Source of the DNA: Candidatus Babeliales bacterium | GTDB lineage: Bacteria; Babelota; Babeliae; Babelales; Vermiphilaceae | Assembly (NCBI GenBank): GCA_963743635.1 | Contig: CAVUQO010000003.1 | Coordinates: forward strand, 352,001-416,000 | Reading direction: 5' to 3' | DNA: 64,000 bases | Shown: positions 18,570 to 29,333 of the stretch, piece after piece | Layout: every line of letters begins with the position of its first letter | Position numbering within the stretch: the stretch's first letter is position 1 | Program-made: the position numbers and the translations under genes | The notes under the pieces: model-generated | Told to the model about the DNA's origin: nothing | Seen by the model: only the letters and a program-made list of their open reading frames with translations | Databases searched by the model: none

Positions 18570-20201
18570 TCAAGAAATGATGCAGCGGTGGGGGCCAGAA
18601 GGTGTCCCTGGCGAGGTCGGCGAGGCAGTTGGGGTAGTAGGCCTGGATGTAATTTCTTTATCATGCGAAGGAGAAGAAGGAGAAGCAGATGATGATGATG
18701 ATGATGTATGCCCTGTTCTCTTGTTATAATTATCGATCACTTCTTGCGTTCTCGTTTGAATCTCAGTCATCGAGTAATCCTCGGTTTGTTCTACAAGTTT
18801 TTTGAGGGTATTGCTCTCACATGTTGTATTGATACGGGAATTAATAAAATAGCTAATGAGTTTTGCCCGTGCGGGTGCATTAGGATGGGTTACCCGAATT
18901 GCGGCTGCTCCTTCTAACTTTTCTAAATAGTGCTGTGCCTCGCAGAATATGAGCATGGGAATTTGCTGGTTATCCAGATGCTGGGTATTGAAAAGCATAT
19001 CAAGTATGAGCTGAACTCTTCGTGTTTTTGGGTGATTCAGGAGATCATCAAGGTTGTTTATGACGAGTGCTGCGCGGGAAGCATTTTTTTCTTCTGCCTG
19101 ATGCAATGTTGGAGTAACGAATTTGTCTACAATAGCCTTTTTAAGGGCGTTTTCATCGGTAAGGGAGGGGAGTTGTGCAAGTATATCACTTGCATCAATC
19201 CATGCTGGTGCGCCATTAATTCTCGCCATGAAATCCATAATGAGTGTTGTTTTCCCCGAACCTGGCGGTCCATGAAATATGATCACATGGGGTTGATCTT
19301 CTTGCTCAGCATCATTGAGCAGTTTAATGAGTTTTTTTGCGGCTGGTGGCATGAGATTTGGCTGACCAAAAGAGTTTTGAGGGTCGTTATATTCTGTTGC
19401 CTGATACTCTTTTGCCTTCTGCAGCGCAAGATGACGTGCTGTTACTCTGAAATCTTTAATGGATTTCTGATGACAATCAGCTGCCATTTCATCGATTACT
19501 TTTTGATCGCATGTGAGTTTAAATTGATTAAGAAAGTAGGAGGCAAGTTGTTTGCATTGGGGAATGGATGGATATTCTACGCCGATATTTTCAGTGTTTC
19601 CTTGGTTTATCCTCGAGGCTGATTCTGCAATGACGAGTAGATGCAACCGGCCGCAGTCAAATCTGGTTTTAAAGATCACGCGTCGCAATATTGATCCCAT
19701 AGGAGAAGGGTCTTTGTAGAGGTCATTAAAATCGTCAAATACTATCACGGCATGCGGGCATTTTTTTACCTGAGCTTGCTGGCATGCCAGTTCAATGAGC
19801 TTTATCCAGACATTATCTCGTATTTTCTCTTCGGAATTATAATCATTGTTTTCACAATGAGTTGTAAGCTGATTGTAGTGTGTATACACACGATCAGCGC
19901 CAAGAGCTTCGGTGAATTGGTCAATGAGTGTTGACTTACCACATCCTTTTGGCCCATAAAAAAAGATATAGTCGGGTTGTATATATTTATTAGGATTTTT
20001 TAATCGGTTTACGAGCTCTTTGCCTGCTTGCGGCATGAGGTCAGGTTTTGAGGGGATTTTGTGCAAATGGCTTTCATTAAAGGGCTCATATACTGTTGCC
20101 TGCATGAGATCTTCATGAGTGGTCAACGTTGTGGAGTTCATGGCCTGCGCGCTACATACCGGCAGCAGGATGAGCAGTGCAAGTTTATGGATCAAGTGCA
20201 T
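18570..20201 (-). CDS. Exported tandem AAA-like P-loop protein with C-terminal CaaX
   Basis: SAQA|MN; Walker A GPKGCGKS and GPPGSGKT; S/P/T linker; ends CIIS. Confidence 0.85.
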   Translation of the reverse strand: MHLIHKLALLILLPVCSAQAMNSTTLTTHEDLMQATVYEPFNESHLHKIPSKPDLMPQAGKELVNRLKNPNKYIQPDYIFFYGPKGCGKSTLIDQFTEALGADRVYTHYNQLTTHCENNDYNSEEKIRDNVWIKLIELACQQAQVKKCPHAVIVFDDFNDLYKDPSPMGSILRRVIFKTRFDCGRLHLLVIAESASRINQGNTENIGVEYPSIPQCKQLASYFLNQFKLTCDQKVIDEMAADCHQKSIKDFRVTARHLALQKAKEYQATEYNDPQNSFGQPNLMPPAAKKLIKLLNDAEQEDQPHVIIFHGPPGSGKTTLIMDFMARINGAPAWIDASDILAQLPSLTDENALKKAIVDKFVTPTLHQAEEKNASRAALVINNLDDLLNHPKTRRVQLILDMLFNTQHLDNQQIPMLIFCEAQHYLEKLEGAAAIRVTHPNAPARAKLISYFINSRINTTCESNTLKKLVEQTEDYSMTEIQTRTQEVIDNYNKRTGHTSSSSSSASPSSPSHDKEITSRPTTPTASPTSPGTPSGPHRCIIS

Positions 20202-21012
20202 GGGACTTATCTTTTTCTAGGAAATCTGTGATAAATAAATTCCTATAGAATGTACCATAAATCGAACAATGCGTCGATTTTGACGCTTGTTTAGCAAGTT
20301 GGGTGGCGATTCCCTTCTCCTATGATTGGGTCTGCTGATGGTGCGGGAGTATAAGATTCGTGCGTTGATATAACGCGGTCCGTGGGCCTGCGTTATAAAG
20401 AGCAATTAGAGAGCCTATTTTGAGTAAGAGGAACGCCGCAATGATTGCGAGTGCACCAACGTATTCTTTACTTCGCATGATTATATTCCTTCTTTATAAT
20501 CAATTGATTTGAGAAATGTGGACGGTAATGTTTTGTCAGAAGTGACTGTGAATTTTTGACGCTATACGGCTATCACCAACCTTGAGGACATTTTACTTCG
20601 TATGACCGAAATCCTTTAAGAATATGGAGCACTGCTTACAGAATTTAGTTGTATCACAAAGACGGAAAAGCAGCAAGAGATTTAGGATCACTTCATTCAG
20701 CGTGAATCGAGCTGTGTGTTGATGAAGTTTGACTTTATATTTTTTTTATAAAATTCGATGTTTAAAAGATAACTACCGTGCTGTTTTTGATTACTGTATC
20801 TTATTTGTTCATGTTGTTTTTATATGTGCGGACTTCGTCTAACGAGGATGCAGGTGAGTGTGGTGGCTCATAAAGGAGGTTCGTCCGGATCACTGAGTAA
20901 TCGTTTTTTGTAATTAAATTAATCGAGGCGCAACGATGTCGGTATGAGTCGTCTATCAGTAGCGCCCCGATATGGATAGATGCGGATAGACGAAATTTGG
21001 GGGTATTTTTTA

Positions 21013-21166
21013 TTCTACTTCGCGAAATACCACATGCTTTAGTCTGTGGATGGAAGCGAATAGAATAACCCGGCGAAGCAAAACACTTCCTGAGGTATAA
21101 CTTCGAAGTATTAGCGAAGCCTGGGTGAGTCCAACTGCGAAGAACTCCATGCGATACAACGGGTTT
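21013..21166. repeat. Dispersed palindromic element, copy 1 (MITE/REP-like)
   Basis: Matches 63467-63607; 53-nt identical core 21074-21126 = 63525-63577. Confidence 0.85.
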
Positions 21167-21194
21167 TAACTTTTGTATCGCATGGAGTTCTTCG
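21138..21194. terminator. Perfect 22-bp inverted repeat at a gene 3' end
   Basis: CGAAGAACTCCATGCGATACAA-13 nt-TTGTATCGCATGGAGTTCTTCG abutting stop at 21195. Confidence 0.6.
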
Positions 21195-21614
21195 TTATTC
21201 GCTTATTTTAAACGAATTGCGTTTTATTTCTTCAGATTCTTCTTTAATTATGCGCTCGATTTCCTTATCGAGATCAAATTCCTTGCTTAAGTAGATCGAA
21301 AGCTCCAGTAAGTAGGCCAATAATTCGTCTTTTGTTTTGCAATCGCGATGCGCGGCGGCGATTGCGATGTTCACAATATTTCCCAAAATACCACCGACGT
21401 TTTGACCAACATTTGGTTTATTGTGCGGATCGCCGACGATTGATCCAACATGAGCAAGAATGTTGGCGACGCTGTGAATGATGTATTGCGGTCTTGAATT
21501 TTTAGGCTCTTGGCGAGCAATCTCATCTACCTCCTGCGTAGCATCCGTGGCGGCGTATGCGGTGACCGGATTTACTAGCAGTGACGATACAAAAAGACCA
21601 TATAACAGTTTCAT
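21195..21614 (-). CDS. Exported hypothetical protein
   Basis: Start reassigned to MKLLYGLF after AAAGGGAG; leader ending TAYA. Confidence 0.7.
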   Translation of the reverse strand: MKLLYGLFVSSLLVNPVTAYAATDATQEVDEIARQEPKNSRPQYIIHSVANILAHVGSIVGDPHNKPNVGQNVGGILGNIVNIAIAAAHRDCKTKDELLAYLLELSIYLSKEFDLDKEIERIIKEESEEIKRNSFKISE

Positions 21615-21807
21615 CTCATCTCCCTTTGGTATTTTTTGAGTGAGTCTACTGTGTTTTTTTTTAGCAAGACAAGGGTTTGGTGATTTTGCGATATCGGCGA
21701 AGCTTTCGATTTGACCCATAAAAAAGGCAACACATTATTGCTATGCGCTGTCTCTTTTGGGTATGGTCCTAACTATGAATATATTTGATCCATAAAGGGA
21801 GGAAGCA

Positions 21808-23106
21808 ATGAATAAAAGAGTCATTCTGTTCAGCGTATTGGCGCTGTGTGCATCGATTGGACTTGTGCGGGCCGGTGAATTTGGCAGACGGAGTGTTGAG
21901 AAGGGGGAGAGTTCTCGCGGTGCTAAACAGGCAATGACGGATGAAGAACTCTTTGAAGTGCATAAAGAAGATGCGATCGCAGCAAGGAAAAGTCATATCA
22001 CTTACGTAGCAGGTGTAGGGGATTTGAGGACGGTTGCTGCCTGGCTTAACGGTAAGATCCCATCGCGTTTAACGCTGGCGCAGTTGCTGCTACTCAAAGA
22101 TCAGCATGGATCAACGGCATTAATGTGGGCATCGAGCAATGGTCATTCGGAAGTGGTGGAACTGTTATTAGCTTATGCGGATAGGGCGGGAGTTTTGACG
22201 GAGATGTTGAAAGCAAGAGCGCTGAACGGCAATACGGCATTAACATGGGCAGCGAGTAGGGGGCGTGATGAGATAGTGAAAATGTTGTTAAAAACAGCAT
22301 TAGAGGAAACAGACATTTTGGTGGATCTGATGCAAGTGAGGGATAATGACGGCAAAACGGCATTATCGTGGGCGGCGGGCAATGGGCATGTCCAAGTAGT
22401 GCGACTTTTATTACGAGTAGCGAAAGGGGAGGGCATTTTGGCAGACATCGTGCAAGCTCAGAATAATGAGGGATCAACGGCATTAATGTGGGCGGCGAGC
22501 AATGGGCACACTGAAGTGGTAAAAAATTTATTGGAGAAAGTTCAAGAATTTGGCATGAGCAAATCAGAGCTCTGGAGTATTGCATCGCATGCAACTAAAG
22601 AAGGAATGAGCACATTGATGAGTGGAGCTACTGCGGGAAGTAGAGAAATTGTGCAATTGATTTTGAACTCTGCTTATACCAATAGGCCCTCTGATAAAGC
22701 GTTCATCGATTTTGTTAATGCTCAAGATGCTCTAAAGGGTAGAACCGCAATTCAGTGGGCGATTCGTTTTGTGCAAGGGTCTGTCGAAAAAGAAAAAGAG
22801 CAACATTCTGAGGATGAGATGTTGGGCGTTATAGAAGAAATCTTCAAGTATGATAATTTCCCGCATTTGACTGTGAATATTATTTCGCAAGATAAGAACG
22901 GGAAAACTGCAATTTTTTGGGCAGCCTACGCAGAATGCAATAAAATTCTTAGGTTTTTTGAGAATGTAGCACGTCGGCGCAACTATAGTAAAAATAAATT
23001 CTTTGAAGAAATTGAAGCCGGGAAAGAAATGGGAAGAACGTCGACCACGAGATCGCGATCCCCAATTTTCCAAGGATCTTCATCATCTGCATCTTCATCT
23101 AAATAA
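21808..23106 (+). CDS. Exported ankyrin-repeat protein
   Basis: Leader LVRA|G; about seven G.TAL.WAA..GH..VV..LL-type repeats. Confidence 0.93.
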   Translation: MNKRVILFSVLALCASIGLVRAGEFGRRSVEKGESSRGAKQAMTDEELFEVHKEDAIAARKSHITYVAGVGDLRTVAAWLNGKIPSRLTLAQLLLLKDQHGSTALMWASSNGHSEVVELLLAYADRAGVLTEMLKARALNGNTALTWAASRGRDEIVKMLLKTALEETDILVDLMQVRDNDGKTALSWAAGNGHVQVVRLLLRVAKGEGILADIVQAQNNEGSTALMWAASNGHTEVVKNLLEKVQEFGMSKSELWSIASHATKEGMSTLMSGATAGSREIVQLILNSAYTNRPSDKAFIDFVNAQDALKGRTAIQWAIRFVQGSVEKEKEQHSEDEMLGVIEEIFKYDNFPHLTVNIISQDKNGKTAIFWAAYAECNKILRFFENVARRRNYSKNKFFEEIEAGKEMGRTSTTRSRSPIFQGSSSSASSSK

Positions 23107-23130
23107 TACGATTGTAAAGCAGTATCAAAT

Positions 23131-23168
23131 AAAAAAGGCAGTGCACATTACGAGCACTGCCTTTTTTT
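23131..23168. terminator. Bidirectional intrinsic terminator
   Basis: AAAAAAGGCAGTGC...GCACTGCCTTTTTT. Confidence 0.85.
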
Positions 23169-23186
23169 ATACTTATCAAGAGATGT

Positions 23187-23269
23187 ATCCGTCTACGCTT
23201 GTCCGGGCTTTCGAGCTCGGCAAGCTACGCCGTGATAATCACGCCATAGGGCTTTGCGCGACGGCGGAT
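23187..23269. repeat. Palindromic REP-like element (related copy at 49855-49897)
   Basis: ATCCGTC...GACGGCGGAT ends; inner GCTTG-TCCGGGCT-TTCG-AGCTCGG-CAAGC. Confidence 0.6.
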
Positions 23270-24589
23270 TAGATTTCTCCAGGGCCATTATCCTCATCGG
23301 ATTTTTTGGTGAAGATCAGAACTTCAAGCACGCGTTTATCGCTTGCTTTTTGTACTTGAAAGTAATGATTTTTATAAAGAATTCGTTCACCTTTTTTGGG
23401 TAAATGCTGCAATTGCTCGGTTAGAAAACCAGCAAGCGTGATCGAGTCTTCTGATTCAAAGGTGATACCCAAATGGCTTGCAAGGCTTTCGAGTGGTGTG
23501 CTGGCATCAACGAGCCAACCACCTTGTTTGAGCGCAATAATTTTTTCATGTGAAGGATCATGTTCGTCACTAATTTCGCCGACGATTTCTTCCAAGATAT
23601 CTTCAAGTGTAATGAGCCCCGTAATGCTGCCATGCTCATTGAGTACGATTGCAATGTGCATGTGCTGCTGACGAAATTCTCGCAGGAGTTGATTTATTTT
23701 CACGCTTTCAGGAATAAACATAATCGGACGCACGATATCTTTGAGTGGCTTATCTTCATTGCGGGTGATGTAGCCAAACACGTCTTTCAAGTGCACCATG
23801 CCGATGATGTTATCTTGTTGCCCATTATATACCGGTAATCGGGTAAAATGCCGTTTGCCAAATATTTCAAGCGTATCTCTGATGGTGGCGGTTACATTTA
23901 CTGAAACGATATCGGTTGCAGGCACCATGATATCTTTAACGGGAGTCAGTCCAAGATCGAAAATGTTTTTAAGCATTTCACTTTTTTCTTGTTCCATAAG
24001 CCCTTTTTCATTGATGTAATTGATCAAGAATTGAATTTCTTTTTCGGAAGATACCCATTCAACGCCGCCACTCAACCGTGTGCCGCCGAGTGAATATACG
24101 ATGAAATCAGTCAGTTTAAGTAGAATTGTCACGATATGGATAAAGGAAGTAGAAAATGATATTGGTTATCCACAATGTTGATGGAAACAGTCTTCTCTCC
24201 ATGCGATTTTGCAAGATTTTTGGGTAATATTTCACCAAATATGAGAATTGCGAACGTGGCAAAACCAATACCCAGCGAAAAGCCAAGACCGCCCGTGATA
24301 TGAAAGCTGGCAAAGAATGCTTTCAATAATTTGAGTACCTAATGATGCAGCAGTCACTTCTGCAAGGCTGCTCGCAATCAAAATGGTAATCAACACACGA
24401 TGAGGCGTTTTTTCCAGTGCTTGAAAAAAATGCGCCATATTTATTGGTTGATGCGGCTAATTCTTTGAGTTTGAATAGCCGCAGAGCAGTGATGCTAGTT
24501 TCAAGAAATGAGAATAATGCGCGTGCAGTCAATGCTATTACAAAAAAAATAGCGGGTGACGACACGCTTTGCATACTACAGGGTTCCAT
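23269..24589 (-). CDS. HlyC/CorC (CNNM + CBS + CorC_HlyC) family protein, frameshifted
   Basis: [26 protein letters not shown] pair HFTRLPVY and [16 protein letters not shown], spread over four ORF pieces. Confidence 0.88.
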
Positions 24590-24639
24590 ATATAACTTTA
24601 CAATCCTTATATAATTAATAAAATTCATATTACTGAGTA

Positions 24640-26744
24640 TTATTCGTGTTTCATCAGTTTCTGCAAGAATTTCTTCATATCCATCTTCTCCGTCTTCTAG
24701 CTCTTGCAATTCTTTATCAAAGAATGTGTGCAGTTTTTTGCTGCGTGATGGATGGCGAAATTTGCGCAATGCTTTAACTTCAATTTGACGAATACGTTCA
24801 CGGGTAACTGAGAAGTCTTTACCAACTTCTTCAAGCGTATGCTCGGAGGCAACATCGATACCAAAACGCATTTTAAGTACTTTTTCTTCACGTGGAGTAA
24901 GTGTTTTAAGCACTTCGCGAACTCGTTCTTTCAGATCATTATTGCAACGGTATCAGAAGGTGAAAAATCAGTATCACTTTCAATAAAATCTTTAATGGAC
25001 GCATCTTCACTATCACCAACCGGTGTTTCAAATGAAATAGGCTCTTTAGAAATCTTGATGATATTTTTAATCTTCTTTTCATCAATATTAAGTTCTTTTG
25101 CCAATTCAGCATGGCTTGGTTCACGGCCATGTTCTTGAATAAAGGTACGTTTGATTTTATTGATCTTATTGAGTGTTTCAACCATATGAACCGGCACACG
25201 AATGGTACGTGATTGATCGGCAATTGCACGGGTAATTGCTTGGCGGATCCACCAGGTTGCATAGGTTGAGAATTTAAATCCACGCTCGAATTCAAATTTT
25301 TCAACCGCTTTCATCAAGCCGATATTACCTTCTTGAATCAAATCAAGAAAGTGCAGTCCGCGATTGACATATTTTTTGGCAATATTAACCACAAGCGCAA
25401 GTTTGCTTTTGCAAGATCATCTTTTGCGCGTTTATCTTTGACTTGTCCAGTCATGAATTGTTGAAAGTATTTAAACATGAGTGAATGTGGCAGACCAACT
25501 TCAACTTCAATTTTTTTGATCTCTTTTGCAGCTGCCACGTATTGCGATCAAGTTCTTCAATAGCGTGCAATTGATCTTCAGCGGTTTTTTGATCGCAAGT
25601 AATGGCTTTAATTGCTTTCAGTTGATCTTGAGAAGCATAATTTCTTTTTCTTGATTTTTTTAATATATTTTTCAATTTTTTTGCCAAGCTTTTTAATGAG
25701 CTTATTGGAAAGTTTAATCGTGCGAATAGTTTCGCCGATTTTTTCTTTATTCTCGCGCACCTTTTGAAGCATCTCATCTTTTTTCTCTTCAGAATCAAGC
25801 TTTGCCACGATAGCTTAAATAGATCTTTTCTTCATTATCAATCAGATCTTTAATCTCTTGAATGGTATCAAAAAGTGCTTTTTTTTCTTTTTCGATATTA
25901 GGAAGATTTTCTTCATCAAACTCAGAGAATTGAATAATATCTTTCAGAGCAACGGTATTTTTCTGAAGCTTTTCGCCCATCCATACAAATTCTTTATGAA
26001 TAACCGGAAAGCATGAAATAGCATTAAGACTATCTTTTTTGCTCTGGGCGATTTGTTCAGCGATGACTGTTTCAGTTTTTTTATTTAAAAGAGGAATTTT
26101 ACCAATGTCACGCAAATAACATTTGACCGGATCAGTGATATAGGCAGAACTTGCAGTACGGCTGGCTCTTTTTCATCGCCTTCATCTTCTTCATCATTAT
26201 CTTCATCAAAATGATCGGCGCCTAAATCAAGAGAACTCGAAATTTTAGCTTTGATGTTCAGGGGAGAATGCTCTTCATCCTGATCAAATGCTTCCAGGTC
26301 ATCAGGATTTCCCTCAAGCTCTTCTTGCATAATGAAATCAATGTTTTCTTTTTCCATGTGTCGGATGAGATCATTGGTTTCTTGTTCATTGAGATTGTTC
26401 TTTTCACCAAATTCGATCAATTCTTCATAGGTAAGAATGCCGTGTTTACGGCCTTTATCTACGAGTTCATCAACAAGATCTTGTTTTAAATCGAGACTTG
26501 AGCCTTTACTGACCTCTACTTTGACGTGAGGCTTCGGTGCGGCCTTTGATTTAGCTTTAGCCGCAGCTTTTGCGCCCGTTTTGGGCTTAGCGGTAACTTT
26601 TCGTGCTTTTAGTTCAGCAGGAGTTGTTTCTTCTTCATTTTCAGACTCTTCGGTTCTTGTTTTTGAAAATGCTGAAACGGCCGTTTTAAATAGGCGGCTT
26701 AACGCTGTTTCGGTCTTTTTTTCTTTTTTAATTTTTTTTGTCAT
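24640..26744 (-). CDS. rpoD: RNA polymerase primary sigma factor, about six frameshifts (likely assembly indels)
   Basis: Region 1.1 [50 protein letters not shown], region 4 [18 protein letters not shown]; downstream of dnaG. Confidence 0.93.
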
Positions 26745-26753
26745 TGAGAACCC

Positions 26754-28541
26754 TCAGATTAATTTTTTTTCAATCATCTTTTGTTTGAGCTCAAGAAAAT
26801 CACGCATAATGGTATTCATTTTTTCGGTATTTTCTTCTCTTTTTGCCTGTGCAAGTTTAGCTTTAATGGTGGTGACGATCCCTTTCCAATGCTTTTTTTG
26901 TAGTTGTATCATCAGATGATCAAAGTCTTTTTGTATAGGTTCTAATTCACCTTCCAGCAATACTTTGCTGACATAAAGCTGTTCCTCAATGCCAAGTGTG
27001 CCATAGTAATCAGTAAAGGTAAGCCCTTCTTGGCTGTTTTTGGCTGATTTGAGCTTTTCAAGCAAGGTGCTGAGTGGTTTGGGCAAGTACCCCAGCAGAT
27101 ATTCCTCATTTTCAGGATTGAATAATTGGATATTATTCATTATAGCAAAAAATATCATTTTTTCCAATTTTGGTATCCCTTCATCCATTAAGAGATGTGA
27201 TTCCGAGGGGATTTCAGGAGTGACGCCCTCAGGGGTACTCTGAGTTGGCGCTAAGCGTTGTTCTGCAAGTTCCTGTTTGAGCGAGTTAAAGGGGATATCA
27301 AGGGCCTTTGATGCCTTTTGCAGAAGAATGTCTTGTTTGAGAGAATCTTCTTGCTGGTGGATAATACTAATAATTTTTCTGGCTATTTTCAGCTTTGAGC
27401 CCAGGGGCATTGAGGCATAGTTCGTGCAGTGGGTGTTGATAAAAAACTCAAAAATATCCTGCCTTACGGCTAGGGTATTGAATTCTCCCTCGTTATGTTT
27501 GCCGCTCTCCAGGTATGAGGCTGGATCCTCTCCAGGAGGCATCACAATAACGCTCAGCTCCATGCTCACTTGCCAACACAGCTCGGTGAGGCGCAGGATA
27601 GCATCCTGGCCAGCCTTATCCCCGTCATAGAGGATAATCATGCGCTGGGCATAGCGTGAGAGCGTTTTAAGATGGGTACTGGTGCACGCAGTGCCAAGGG
27701 TTGCCACCGTATTGGGGTATCCATGTTGCACCATTGCAATGCAATCGGTATAGCCTTCAACTAAGAAAACCTCTTCTTTATCATGAATGGCCTTCTTTGC
27801 TCCATCAAGGCCAAAAAGTATAGAACCTTTTACGAAAAACTGATTTTCTCGTGAGTTATAATATTTTGCCCGTTCATCAAGCTCTTTAAAGCGTCTGCCG
27901 CCAAATCCGCAAAAACGGCCCAAATGATCTTTGATCGGAAACATAATACGCTCTTCAAAGGGAGAGTAGAGGACTGTCTTTCCTTGGGCAAGAATATGCG
28001 CCTGTATCAAATCGTCCGCGAGAATATGATGATTGCGCGCAAAGCTGAGCAAACGATTGATCGCATTAAGTCCGCCAGGGAAATATCCGATTGAAAAACG
28101 GTCAATGCTTTCTTGCGTAATGTTACGTTGCTTGAGATAAGCCATTAAAGAGGGCGTTTTTTTTAAGTTTTCAGAGCACCATTGCGCAACCATTTCACAT
28201 AAATCAAAGTATCGATTTTTGTCTTCAGTTGATTCGCTCGAATGAGCTTCTTTGAGCAATGCTTCGGGAATATCAACGTTGTATCGATCGGCAAGATGTT
28301 TGATTGCTTCAAAGGGGGTGCAGTTTTCTACCTTGCTAATGAAGGTAATAACATCTCCTCCTTCATGGCAGCCAAAGCAATAGAAAATTTCTTTGTGAGG
28401 GCTTACGGTAAACGATGCAGTCTTTTCATGATGAAAGGGGCAGTGCCCTTTAAAATAAAGGCCGGCTTTTTTGAGCGAAACATATTCGCCAATCACATCA
28501 AGAACAGAGATGCGTTGTTTCAGGTATGTAAAAACGTTCAT
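26754..28541 (-). CDS. dnaG: DNA primase
   Basis: CPFHHEKTASF zinc finger, KYYNS, VEGYTD, TOPRIM YDGDKAG. Confidence 0.97.
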   Translation of the reverse strand: MNVFTYLKQRISVLDVIGEYVSLKKAGLYFKGHCPFHHEKTASFTVSPHKEIFYCFGCHEGGDVITFISKVENCTPFEAIKHLADRYNVDIPEALLKEAHSSESTEDKNRYFDLCEMVAQWCSENLKKTPSLMAYLKQRNITQESIDRFSIGYFPGGLNAINRLLSFARNHHILADDLIQAHILAQGKTVLYSPFEERIMFPIKDHLGRFCGFGGRRFKELDERAKYYNSRENQFFVKGSILFGLDGAKKAIHDKEEVFLVEGYTDCIAMVQHGYPNTVATLGTACTSTHLKTLSRYAQRMIILYDGDKAGQDAILRLTELCWQVSMELSVIVMPPGEDPASYLESGKHNEGEFNTLAVRQDIFEFFINTHCTNYASMPLGSKLKIARKIISIIHQQEDSLKQDILLQKASKALDIPFNSLKQELAEQRLAPTQSTPEGVTPEIPSESHLLMDEGIPKLEKMIFFAIMNNIQLFNPENEEYLLGYLPKPLSTLLEKLKSAKNSQEGLTFTDYYGTLGIEEQLYVSKVLLEGELEPIQKDFDHLMIQLQKKHWKGIVTTIKAKLAQAKREENTEKMNTIMRDFLELKQKMIEKKLI

Positions 28542-29332
28542 AGTGCAGGCTTATTTTTGGTTTGATAGCGATAAGAACTGATGCCAATGATGCACCATCC
28601 TGTGGTAAAAAGTCCAATGGCAATCCATTGATGCATTGAAAAGGCTGCGGCCCATGGCGCATCAAAATAGATGCGATCCGCCCGCCAAAAATCAATGAAA
28701 AAACGATCGAAACTTGCGAGTACAAAATAGGCGCCCAATAGTTGGCCAGGTTTTTTAAAATAATATTGCAGTACGAAATACAGCAGTAAGAAATTGCCGA
28801 ACGAAAATAATGAATTATAGAGCTGCGTGGGATGCAGCGGCACCGAACAGGTTGCGGGACTGTGGGGATCGCTAAATACAACTGCCCATGGTAGGTTTGA
28901 TGGCATTCCATAACAGCAGCCCGCTAAAAAACAACCAATACGTGCAATGGATTGAATGATTGGTGCGTGAAGTGCGGCCAAATCAAAGAAAGGCAGTATG
29001 GGAATATGATGTCTATGTAAATACCAGGGCATGACGAGCATGATGCCCAAAATAGATCCGAGTATTGAAAAGCCGCCGCGCCATAGTTCAAATATTTCAA
29101 TAGGGTGTTCAATGAGATCCCAGCTGCTAAAGAGATATAAAATTCTTCCACCGGCAACGCCAACAAGAATGGCATAGGTAAGCACCATATGAAATTGCTC
29201 TTTGGTGATGAGCATTTTAAAGCGTGGATGACGCTGCATGAGCCATATGAAAACCAGCAATCCGAGCGCAATCATCACCCCGAAACTGTGAATGTAAATG
29301 GGTCCATAAACATGGAGTAATTCGCGATACAT
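28538..29332 (-). CDS. lgt: Prolipoprotein diacylglyceryl transferase
   Basis: GGRILY, WRGGFS, RIGCFLAGCCYG, HPTQLY. Confidence 0.95.
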   Translation of the reverse strand: MYRELLHVYGPIYIHSFGVMIALGLLVFIWLMQRHPRFKMLITKEQFHMVLTYAILVGVAGGRILYLFSSWDLIEHPIEIFELWRGGFSILGSILGIMLVMPWYLHRHHIPILPFFDLAALHAPIIQSIARIGCFLAGCCYGMPSNLPWAVVFSDPHSPATCSVPLHPTQLYNSLFSFGNFLLLYFVLQYYFKKPGQLLGAYFVLASFDRFFIDFWRADRIYFDAPWAAAFSMHQWIAIGLFTTGWCIIGISSYRYQTKNKPAL

Positions 29333-29333
29333 A

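Noticed and set aside
18930..19622. 230-aa plus-strand ORF and the many other short antisense or overlapping ORFs in the track
   Set aside because: They shadow well-supported genes and have no recognisable motifs.
24323..24913. Apparent RpoD region 4-CNNM fusion ORF
   Set aside because: One extra A near 24650 skips the likely stop at 24640-24642; same error cluster.
24100..26150. rpoD and the corC-like gene split into many ORFs (pseudogenes or programmed frameshifts?)
   Set aside because: The primary sigma factor is essential, motifs are intact and the breaks are clustered small indels, so local assembly error is most likely. Read pile-up would settle it.
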